From: a virus
Taxonomy: Duplodnaviria; Caudoviricetes
DNA length: 64,000 nucleotides
Reading direction: 5' to 3' (one strand)
IMG/VR virus record: IMGVR_UViG_3300032246_000397
Location: 186-64,185 of that record
Under the pieces are notes generated by a model. The model saw only the letters and a list, made by a program, of their open reading frames with translations. It was not told the origin of the DNA and ran no database searches. Shown one piece after another: positions 19,281 through 27,458 of the stretch. Positions within the stretch are counted from its first letter, which is position 1. The number at the start of each line of letters is the position of its first letter. A program made the position numbers and the translations under genes.

Positions 19281-22140
19281 TTATAAGTTCCATGTTATTT
19301 TTAAACAGATAAACGTTTGTAGCTTTAGTTGTAGTGGTCGCTTTCCACCCAGTCTCTAAATGCTTCTTAGCAGCTTTATCTAGCATCTCTCCAGATTCCA
19401 TCATGTGTTTCTCAAATTCTCGTGGAGAAATCTTCTTCTTAAGCAAGTACTCTTTCAACGCTTCTTTAGATATACGGGTTGCTTCATCAGTTGCCACCCT
19501 TGCTACTAACTTACCGCGCGGTTCATCAATAACTTTGTTTTCTTTAATGCGTAGAATGTTACCCATATTCTCATAGATAAAGTCATTCAATATTGCAGAG
19601 TAATCCGTAGAATTTAGCTTGACCACATTAAGCTTGATATTGTTAAGCTCTTTAATAATCTTAGCGTAGATACGCTCCAAATCGTAGTTAACAATTCCAG
19701 CATCGTTAGCAATCTCGCCAGCTGTAAACACTGCCGCTACAAAGTTCTGATGGAAACGATAGGCTGAGTCACCACCTGTATCAGTTAAATATCTATTAAT
19801 CCAATAGTCAATACGCTTCTTAATATGGATATCACCAAGCGTCAACACCTCAGTAATAAACATAGGTCCTGAGTGCCCGTAGTTATGCTTAAACGCATCA
19901 AAAATATGAACGCCTAGCTTTGCGCCATCAGCTCCTTTTAAATCGTCTGGCTGCTCAATTAAGAACTCAATCAAACGCGCTACCTCTCCGTCAGGGCTTC
20001 CTTTAAGAATCTCAAACTTGTTGTAAACAGATTCGTTTGTGGTTAACACAGCTATTAAAGACGCTGACATTTCAGACACACGCTCAGCATTGACCGACGC
20101 TTGCATCCTAATCTTAGCTTTGCCATTTGATACGTTATGTACTAACTGAGATAACGGTTTAGGGTCTTTGTTACCAATCTCGTCAACTCCAAACATAAGG
20201 TTCTTAAGACCCAGCATACGACCAGTCAAACCATTGTCTGTACTTTCAAACACGCTAAGCGCATCAGGGTCTCCAAAGGTACTAATGCCAGCATACATCG
20301 CTCCAGTCTTAGCACAACCCGAACGACCTAGTAGAGATATGACAACGCCGGGTGTAGACATGTAGGGCATGAGCGTTGAACCAAATCCAGCCAAGCAAGC
20401 CATAGCATGTAACTCAAATCCCGGACGGTTTAATTCATTTGCCGATTCTTGCCAACGCTCAAACGTACCTATCTTATTAAAGTGTTTTGCAACTCCACGG
20501 ATATACGGAGATACAGGCGCCTCTACTGTTTCTTTCTCGTAAGTTATCTCGCTTTCACCAATAACAAAACTTCTTTTATCCCATTCTGCGGTATTCTTTG
20601 CCGCTGTCCAACCTAACTGCATGCGCATCTGTTGCGCCTTGTGTACTAAAATCATGTATTTACTCCATGTGACTATATATTCTTGAATGTGATTGATATG
20701 TTTAGGGCTATAAATAACCTGATGGAATGAGAGCGTCTTTTTAAATTCTTCTAATGCATAGACAGATTTCATTGGAAGTAAGAACTCCTTTAGTCCATCA
20801 TTAGGAAGAATTAGATTCATTGTTAAACACTCGCCGTCCAGCTGACTAAACAATCTGCGTGTTGGATATAAGATATGTGAGAGTATCTCAATCGGGTCTT
20901 CGTACTTTACGTTGCCTTTCTTGTCTGTTTTTGGGGGTGGATAAAAATATATACCGCCATTCTCTCCGCGGGTATATGGCTTTAAAAAATCTGGGAATTT
21001 TGGAATTTTTTGGGTATTCGGTTCTTTCCGAATTGGTTCCTCTTCATTGGCTTTTTCAAAGAGGCTGGAGATAGCGTCTGGGATTGGTTCAATAATTGGG
21101 GTGTCTTCTGTCGCTTCCTTAAGAATCTTTCCCAAAACAATAGGAGATTTAATTTTTCCACGGTGTTTGCATCCTTTGCATTTTTCTGGATAGTTATCTT
21201 CAAACCATTCGCATGTGCGAGGGGCTGGAAAACGGCTGGCTTTTTCTTCTGTATCTTTGTGGCTATAGCCGGGGTGGTCTTCTGAAATAAGATGTATAGC
21301 AGTAGCGCCGTCAGTACAAAACTTAGCAACTGATAACCCAGCAAACCATAACGGTTCTTCTAGGGTAGCGGACTCTACTAAAATACGTTCTATCTGAGCG
21401 CAACCATCACCAGCCAATGAGCGTTCCGCAATCTTTTGGAATCTCCACTCAAAGTTATCTAGCTTTTTCATGGCTAGGGTATCTTCGTCTAACCCCCTAC
21501 GAACATTAGCAAACGGGTCTTTAACCTGTTCAGTTTCTATACCATCTAAAAATGATTTAAACTCATCCCAGTCATAGACGCTAATCTCTTCACCAATAAT
21601 AGACGTAGGTTCTGGTGGGTCAAACTTATAGTTAAGCGTGTCAGGGCAACGCATAATGCGAGCCGCATCTGCCATCACCGCCGCATCGGCAGCTATTCTT
21701 TCTAACGCATATACCTTGAACTTCTGCGCATAGGGAAGGTACTCTTCAATTGGTATATCCCTATCCATAATCCAATAGGCATGCATGCCACCGCCACTAT
21801 CAATGCACACAGGGCTAGGCATACCTGTTTCACCAAGGAACTTCCATAGGGCTGTTTGCGCCTCGCCTTTGTCACCATATGCCTTACCTTCGCCAACGTC
21901 TAAGTCAATAAAAAATGTACGGTAAAACAGGCAGTTTTCCGCCTTCCTACTAAATCCATCAAAGCTACCTAATGCAACAAATGTGTTAAGTTTTTGTCCT
22001 TTTGTTTTTTCAATTAGTTTAAATACATCTTCAAGTGTTTCTGCAAAACGGTTCGTTGTTTTCTTTGTTGTTTGTTCTATACCGCTTACACAATAAACAC
22101 CCTGCGATGGCAATGCTTTCTCATAAAATTGTTTTAACAT
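19255..22140 (-). CDS. Primase-helicase fusion (AEP/RepB-like primase, Cys cluster, DUF927-like helicase)
   Basis: FFIDLD, SGGGMHAYW, RIMRCP; CEWF..C.GC; Walker A GRSGCAKT; Walker B GVDE. Confidence 0.8.
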   Translation of the reverse strand: MLKQFYEKALPSQGVYCVSGIEQTTKKTTNRFAETLEDVFKLIEKTKGQKLNTFVALGSFDGFSRKAENCLFYRTFFIDLDVGEGKAYGDKGEAQTALWKFLGETGMPSPVCIDSGGGMHAYWIMDRDIPIEEYLPYAQKFKVYALERIAADAAVMADAARIMRCPDTLNYKFDPPEPTSIIGEEISVYDWDEFKSFLDGIETEQVKDPFANVRRGLDEDTLAMKKLDNFEWRFQKIAERSLAGDGCAQIERILVESATLEEPLWFAGLSVAKFCTDGATAIHLISEDHPGYSHKDTEEKASRFPAPRTCEWFEDNYPEKCKGCKHRGKIKSPIVLGKILKEATEDTPIIEPIPDAISSLFEKANEEEPIRKEPNTQKIPKFPDFLKPYTRGENGGIYFYPPPKTDKKGNVKYEDPIEILSHILYPTRRLFSQLDGECLTMNLILPNDGLKEFLLPMKSVYALEEFKKTLSFHQVIYSPKHINHIQEYIVTWSKYMILVHKAQQMRMQLGWTAAKNTAEWDKRSFVIGESEITYEKETVEAPVSPYIRGVAKHFNKIGTFERWQESANELNRPGFELHAMACLAGFGSTLMPYMSTPGVVISLLGRSGCAKTGAMYAGISTFGDPDALSVFESTDNGLTGRMLGLKNLMFGVDEIGNKDPKPLSQLVHNVSNGKAKIRMQASVNAERVSEMSASLIAVLTTNESVYNKFEILKGSPDGEVARLIEFLIEQPDDLKGADGAKLGVHIFDAFKHNYGHSGPMFITEVLTLGDIHIKKRIDYWINRYLTDTGGDSAYRFHQNFVAAVFTAGEIANDAGIVNYDLERIYAKIIKELNNIKLNVVKLNSTDYSAILNDFIYENMGNILRIKENKVIDEPRGKLVARVATDEATRISKEALKEYLLKKKISPREFEKHMMESGEMLDKAAKKHLETGWKATTTTKATNVYLFKNNMELINVESHADH

Positions 22141-22154
22141 ATGCGCAGAGTCTA

Positions 22155-22203
22155 AAAAGCCGAGATATCCTCGGCTCGGTTAATAGGCTAGGGTTTCCCC
22201 TAG
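22155..22203 (-). terminator. Two hairpins, the second terminator-like, upstream of primase-helicase
   Basis: - strand CTAGGG-GAAA-CCCTAG, then AGCCGAG-GATAT-CTCGGCT-TTTT. Confidence 0.6.
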
Positions 22204-22206
22204 GTT

Positions 22207-22518
22207 CTAAATATTTTCGCCAATCATATCCTCTAAGTAAGTCTTAGCTTGGGCAGTGTTTTTAACTGGTAAAATACCTTTAGCAGTATCACTTTCCACT
22301 AAGTCTGTAAATACTTCGACAAGTTGTTGGTTTTTAAAACGAATTGGTTTGCCACGGAACCAGCTATGAAGTGTCATCCGAGTTACTTTAAGCGCAACAG
22401 CTACGTATTTGGCAGGTAAATTTGCTCCTATACATGCTTTAGCTAAAGCAACTCCGGGATAATTAGGGTTTAACTTATTAACTTGAATGATTAATTCTTT
22501 GCTGTACGTCCGTGGCAT
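22207..22518 (-). CDS. HTH DNA-binding protein
   Basis: VAVALKVTRMTLHSWFRG helix-turn-helix. Confidence 0.65.
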   Translation of the reverse strand: MPRTYSKELIIQVNKLNPNYPGVALAKACIGANLPAKYVAVALKVTRMTLHSWFRGKPIRFKNQQLVEVFTDLVESDTAKGILPVKNTAQAKTYLEDMIGENI

Positions 22519-22527
22519 TTTATTTCC

Positions 22528-23367
22528 TTACTTCTTTGTAGACCATTTTTTAACAACGTCTGATACATCAGCCGCCTTCTCACCAACAGGGGCTTTTGAC
22601 TCCCGTTTGACTGGCTCTGCTACTTCTTCTGTATCTGTACCTGTACTATCAGACTGGAACACGTTGAGTTTAATAGCTTGTTCTGCCGCAGCACTCTTAG
22701 CTTGACGAGCAATAATTTCCAAATCGCCATCTGGCACTGCCCCAACCGGAGCAAACAATACCTTTGGTGTAGGAGATTTTGTATCGAAAGCCATCTTAGT
22801 TACGATACGGCCCGCGGATACATTGTGTGACGCTAAGTGTTGAATGTACGGACGGAAAGGCCAACGACCACTATCTTCCTTACCAAAAGCAGACGTAGCT
22901 GGAAGGACTAATTGCATTACATCACCTGACGGGTCATTCGGTAGAACAACTGCGGTGCGCCATGATAGTTTGCATTTTGTGCCACGACCATCATCGCCAG
23001 ATCCTTTTGCGCTATTAGGGCATCCTGCACAGCTAGATGCTATTGGGGTTTTTACTTCTGGGTCAGGCGTCTCTGAATCAGACGACCAGCAAGCTGGGCT
23101 TACTTTTTCGCCTTCTCTATAACCCCTGTCGTAAAACATACGGGAGGCTTTGTGCGCCATCTTAACAAAGATTACATTCATGTAGCGGTCTTCAATAGCA
23201 CCAATCTCTTTGCCGCCAGCATACTTACGGAATACGCTACCCTTAATAGATAAACGTTTGTTGCCTTGACGGTTGCCACCAGCTACGGCTAAGGTGTCTT
23301 CATCTAACCCGCCAACATTTGCCAATGCGCCAATAGCACTTAAATTAACTAACTCTGTACTCATCAC
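22528..23367 (-). CDS. Conserved replication protein with 4 Cys (putative SSB/annealing protein)
   Basis: Position in the replication module; CWS..C..CP...CK motif; low-complexity C-terminus. Confidence 0.45.
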   Translation of the reverse strand: MMSTELVNLSAIGALANVGGLDEDTLAVAGGNRQGNKRLSIKGSVFRKYAGGKEIGAIEDRYMNVIFVKMAHKASRMFYDRGYREGEKVSPACWSSDSETPDPEVKTPIASSCAGCPNSAKGSGDDGRGTKCKLSWRTAVVLPNDPSGDVMQLVLPATSAFGKEDSGRWPFRPYIQHLASHNVSAGRIVTKMAFDTKSPTPKVLFAPVGAVPDGDLEIIARQAKSAAAEQAIKLNVFQSDSTGTDTEEVAEPVKRESKAPVGEKAADVSDVVKKWSTKK

Positions 23368-23388
23368 TACTCCTTTAACTTAATTAAA

Positions 23389-23802
23389 CTAATTTGAGGT
23401 TGGTTTACGGACTACGATTGTAAACTCTCTCATAACATTCACACCGGGCGGCAGACCATCATCCGCATGCTCAGCAATGAATTCTTTAAAATTGCCCTGA
23501 TGAAGACGCGCCTCATACAACTCTACAGCATCGTGCTCACGGACAAACTCATCAAACGCTGCTCTGTCCGACAAGGTAAATCTTTCATTCAACTTCTTAA
23601 TAACCGTACCTGCATTTGTTTTAATACTTGTTGCGTTTGACTCATTACAAATTCCTAACATCTGCTGGGATAGTATGGCAAGTTCACTTTCAATTTCCCT
23701 TGCTTTTTCTTTCCACTCAGATTCCAGTCTATCACGCTCACTTCTTATTGTCAAGTATATTTTTACTAATCCATCTAAATTTGTGTCTATAACTTCACTC
23801 AT
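23389..23802 (-). CDS. Hypothetical replication-module protein
   Basis: RBS; coiled coil; LPPGV motif. Confidence 0.6.
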   Translation of the reverse strand: MSEVIDTNLDGLVKIYLTIRSERDRLESEWKEKAREIESELAILSQQMLGICNESNATSIKTNAGTVIKKLNERFTLSDRAAFDEFVREHDAVELYEARLHQGNFKEFIAEHADDGLPPGVNVMREFTIVVRKPTSN

Positions 23803-25363
23803 CTTTTATTCCTAACTCTTGTTTGTACAAATCAACCAGCTTTTCGTGGCTAGCAACTTTCCCTCGTAACATCTCATACATCTTGCGTTCTACTTCTGAA
23901 CCTTGTAGATGCACAACGGTCATGCTATTTACTTGCCCGACACGATCTATACGGGCTATGCATTGTAGATATGTTTCCACACTCATGACTGGAGACCAAA
24001 ATACTACTGTATTGGCGGCAGTTAGAGTCACACCATGCGATGCAGCTTGTGGCTGAATAATAAGAACTCGTGGAAATTCTGAATTTTGAAAACGGTTAAT
24101 TAAGTCGCCGCGTTCTTTAGCTCCTACATCTCCGCTAATGATTTCATTACTCACTCCTTGTTCAGTTAAATGTTTAGAAACTAAAGTAATCGTATGGCGA
24201 TAAGGAACAAATACAATAACCTTATGTTCCGTTTCATCCAGTACTTCCATTAGGGCATTTAATCGTGGTGATACATCAAACTCCACAACTTCGCGGGTGT
24301 CAGTGTAGACCGCCCCTCCCGAAATCTGTAATAGCTTTGTTAATTTTGCCGCCGCATTGACCGCACTAATCTTTTCCCCTGCCGCTTCAATAAGCATCTG
24401 ACTTTTAATGCCAGCGTAGTATCTGTTGACTTGAGGTGTTAGTGGTATCTCACGGGTCTGATACATAACGCTAGGTAAATCCAAACACTGAGCCTTCTCA
24501 AAGCGTATTGCAGGTTGCAACGCGTTAAACACATCATGCCTTGACGTAGGCTTGGGCACATATTTAAACCGTGATACTTGGTGCATGACTTTATCACGCC
24601 AAGCCGTAAAGAACTTAGGGACATTTCCGGGCGAGACCAAACGCGCCAAGCCATATGCATCAAGGGGAGACTGGGAAGCAGGAGTTCCAGTAAGCATCCA
24701 AAGTTTAGTAGAAGGTTTCAATATTTTTGATAGTGTTTTAAATCTTTTAGTCGTAGCTGTTTTATACGCGTTTGCTTCGTCAACCACAATTAGGTCAAAC
24801 CCTAACTTATTTATTTCATCCGCGACAATACTTACACCATCGTAATTTATGATAACAAACTCATACACTCCGTTAATTATTTTTTTGCGTTTCTCCGCAT
24901 CGCCGTAGGCTACCGCTACGCTTCTGTGCATAGATGTCTTAAAGATATCAGCTTGCCATGCCGAGTACATAATAGATAGGGGGCAAATGATTAGAACGCG
25001 TTTTATTAAACCCTGAGACATTAAATAGTCGGCAGCCCATATAACTGAGGAAGTCTTGCCTGTGCCAGCCTCGTTAAAGCAGAAAGCCCTATCTTGTAGG
25101 GATAAAAACGCAGCCGTGGTTTCTTGATGTTTGAAAGGTGTGTACATTCCGGGCCACTTGTAATCGCGTTGTATCGGTGAAGGAACTTTATCACCACACA
25201 CTTTTACTAGTCTTTGCATTTCTTCAATGCCCCAGTAGACCAATACATCAGCCTCTTTGCCGTTGTCTTCTAAGACTTGGCTTCTTTCTAAATAATCCGT
25301 TATCAAATTTACTTTTGACGATTCGATTTTAAATCGCACCGCCTGATCTTCAACTATATTCAC
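23795..25363 (-). CDS. SNF2-family SF2 helicase
   Basis: EAGTGKT, VDEA, LTGTP, QCIARIDRVGQ motifs. Confidence 0.9.
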   Translation of the reverse strand: MNIVEDQAVRFKIESSKVNLITDYLERSQVLEDNGKEADVLVYWGIEEMQRLVKVCGDKVPSPIQRDYKWPGMYTPFKHQETTAAFLSLQDRAFCFNEAGTGKTSSVIWAADYLMSQGLIKRVLIICPLSIMYSAWQADIFKTSMHRSVAVAYGDAEKRKKIINGVYEFVIINYDGVSIVADEINKLGFDLIVVDEANAYKTATTKRFKTLSKILKPSTKLWMLTGTPASQSPLDAYGLARLVSPGNVPKFFTAWRDKVMHQVSRFKYVPKPTSRHDVFNALQPAIRFEKAQCLDLPSVMYQTREIPLTPQVNRYYAGIKSQMLIEAAGEKISAVNAAAKLTKLLQISGGAVYTDTREVVEFDVSPRLNALMEVLDETEHKVIVFVPYRHTITLVSKHLTEQGVSNEIISGDVGAKERGDLINRFQNSEFPRVLIIQPQAASHGVTLTAANTVVFWSPVMSVETYLQCIARIDRVGQVNSMTVVHLQGSEVERKMYEMLRGKVASHEKLVDLYKQELGIKDE

Positions 25364-25384
25364 AACTGTCCTTTAACTAAATAT

Positions 25385-25556
25385 TAACGTAACCCCTTAC
25401 GGGGGTTAGTCGGTCGAGCCTATCATGCCAAGGAGAAGCGCTAGTTATATGAGCTAGCCTTCACAAACACCGCCCTACTGATACGGTTTAGGATCTTCAC
25501 CCAGAGGAAAAGTATAAGCCTCTTGTTACCCACTCATACCTAACGGTAACGTACTA
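25385..25556 (-). ncRNA. Candidate structured RNA between HNH-like gene and helicase
   Basis: Multiple stems plus a possible loop-loop pairing in a ~200-nt ORF-free gap. Confidence 0.5.
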
Positions 25557-25563
25557 CCACCCA

Positions 25564-25875
25564 CTATTTCTTGCGTTCTTTTTTACTTGTTTCTGATACT
25601 AAATTACCTTTTGAATCTCGCTTAAAGCTACGGTTTTTAGCGGCGCTTTGGATACGCAATCCATCTTTATTACTACCGCCTTTGTCAAGGGCTTTAACGT
25701 GTGCAACATCTTTTCCTTCTCTTGCATCTGCTTTACCATTTCCGTTGCCGTCGGGTAATTTTTTATCAAGCGACCGCCTAGCTCTTTGACGCTCCATACG
25801 ACGTTCATGTTCACCACGGCTTTTCTCCTGTTGGTATTCTTTTTCATAAGGTCTTGGTTTGTTAACGTAAGGCAT
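25564..25875 (-). CDS. Small HNH-like protein
   Basis: KDVAHVKALDKGGSN....AKNRS pattern; basic N-terminus. Confidence 0.6.
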   Translation of the reverse strand: MPYVNKPRPYEKEYQQEKSRGEHERRMERQRARRSLDKKLPDGNGNGKADAREGKDVAHVKALDKGGSNKDGLRIQSAAKNRSFKRDSKGNLVSETSKKERKK

Positions 25876-25877
25876 GA

Positions 25878-26114
25878 TTAATCCTTTTTCTTTTTCGCCA
25901 CAGGCTTTTTGGTTGCTGGCTTTCTTGTTTTAGTAGAGACAACATTAGTTCTGCTAGCAATTTGTTCGGCAGTGGCGTATTCATTAATGGCTTCTTTAAG
26001 CATACTGATAAGCCCCCACTGTACAAGCGTTTCGAGTCCGTCTTTATCGAATCGAACAATAGCGTCAGCTGAACCATCTTTGTTTTCCTTAGTAATTTTT
26101 ACTGAAATATTCAT
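25878..26114 (-). CDS. Hypothetical protein
   Basis: Translationally coupled ORF; ENKDGSA motif. Confidence 0.6.
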   Translation of the reverse strand: MNISVKITKENKDGSADAIVRFDKDGLETLVQWGLISMLKEAINEYATAEQIASRTNVVSTKTRKPATKKPVAKKKKD

Positions 26115-26770
26115 TATCTTTCCTTGTGAAACTCACATGTTTTAACGGGGCACCATCCACATAAAGGGGTTGGGTTTGGATTCCATATATTATTTTCGTA
26201 TGAAATGTTTAATCTTTCAAGGTCTGTACTAAAATAATTCCATAGCTTAGGAATCTGATCTCTTGTATATTCCTCTTCCATAAAACTTTCATGCATCACA
26301 AACAACAATCCAGCCTTAATAATCTTTACTTTGGGGAAGTGGGCAAACGCCATCAGCGCCATCAATTTTAACTGTTTTGGGTCAGGATAGCGATTAGACC
26401 CAGTCTTATAATCTACAATAAAAGCATGGTCGTTGTCCACAATAAGTAAGTCTACAATACCCCGCACCCAGCGATTATCGTCTGTAAACCCGCATGGTTG
26501 CTTATCTCTATCTAATGCCATCTCATACTCAGGGTATTTAGTTCCCGGAATTGCCACTAAAGAATCTAATACGGGTTGGAAACGTAAGTAGTTCTTAGCT
26601 AAGGGTTTACCCTCAGCCACATAATCTTCGCATGCTTTATGCACAACTGTACCGTAGAGCATCTGCTCGGTAGCTTTCTTTTCAAAACGTTTTAATACCT
26701 TTAACTCATGATACTGACGAGGGCAGTTAACGTATTCTTTAAGGGCGGAGAATGACCATGTAAAATTCAT
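26114..26770 (-). CDS. PD-(D/E)XK exonuclease (Cas4/RecB-like, Fe-S cysteines)
   Basis: N-terminal CP, GIVDLL..IVDYKTG, QL..MA, C-terminal LCGWCPVKTC. Confidence 0.85.
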   Translation of the reverse strand: MNFTWSFSALKEYVNCPRQYHELKVLKRFEKKATEQMLYGTVVHKACEDYVAEGKPLAKNYLRFQPVLDSLVAIPGTKYPEYEMALDRDKQPCGFTDDNRWVRGIVDLLIVDNDHAFIVDYKTGSNRYPDPKQLKLMALMAFAHFPKVKIIKAGLLFVMHESFMEEEYTRDQIPKLWNYFSTDLERLNISYENNIWNPNPTPLCGWCPVKTCEFHKER

Positions 26771-26779
26771 ATTTACCTA

Positions 26780-27031
26780 TTATACCAAATCATCTTTATT
26801 AAAACCTTTTTCAAACAAGGCTCGTCGAATTTTTTTGAACGCACTTTCTTCTATATTTCGCACAGTTTGACGACTAACACCCAATGCTTTGGCTATTTCT
26901 TCTTGCGTCATGTTACCGTTATCGGTTTCAGAAATATCTACCATACCAGCAAACGGAATCGGTTCTAAGCCTAGTTCACGTTCTAGTTCTATCATCGCCT
27001 TAATCCTATCTTCGGTAGTAAAAGTTGTCAT
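26780..27031 (-). CDS. Sigma70 region-4-like HTH protein
   Basis: MTQEEIAKALGVSRQTVRNIEESAFKKIR. Confidence 0.75.
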   Translation of the reverse strand: MTTFTTEDRIKAMIELERELGLEPIPFAGMVDISETDNGNMTQEEIAKALGVSRQTVRNIEESAFKKIRRALFEKGFNKDDLV

Positions 27032-27198
27032 TTCTCTTGTACCTTTCCAGTTACTAATTCATCAATTAGCCTTAACTCAGTTTTCAACGCTTCTATTTCA
27101 GCTTGTTGCTGTCGTAGCATGGTGGCTATTTCTTCTCTAGTTACCAGCTTGTACCAGCTATCTACTTCTAATAGGTCAGCTAGTTCATTTGCGTTCAT
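27028..27198 (-). CDS. 56-aa hypothetical protein (not in ORF track)
   Basis: MNANELAD...ATMLRQQQAEIEALK; ATGA coupling at both ends. Confidence 0.6.
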   Translation of the reverse strand: MNANELADLLEVDSWYKLVTREEIATMLRQQQAEIEALKTELRLIDELVTGKVQEK

Positions 27199-27458
27199 TT
27201 CTCTTGTGCCTTTCTAATTATTTCTCTGCAAAATTTATAATCAAGTTTTGTTAAACAGTCATATCCTTTAAAGTCATAGACTTCGCACCATAAATCAGTT
27301 ATTTCTTTGTCTGTTAGGGCATTGGCTAAATCTTTTTTTGGATGGGTGTAGAGTGGAGTTTCAGTCATATCTTCCCAAAGCATTTTCTCTTTAACAAAAG
27401 ATAACTTCGATGCTCCATTAGATTTCTCATACATCCACGCTACTGGTTCATTGTTCAT
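27195..27458 (-). CDS. Hypothetical protein
   Basis: EPVAW...PLYTHP...LTDKEI motifs common in phage ORFs. Confidence 0.6.
   Translation of the reverse strand: MNNEPVAWMYEKSNGASKLSFVKEKMLWEDMTETPLYTHPKKDLANALTDKEITDLWCEVYDFKGYDCLTKLDYKFCREIIRKAQEK

Noticed and set aside
25385-25556. tRNA or tmRNA
   Set aside because: No TTCRA T-loop or cloverleaf with acceptor stem recognised on either strand.
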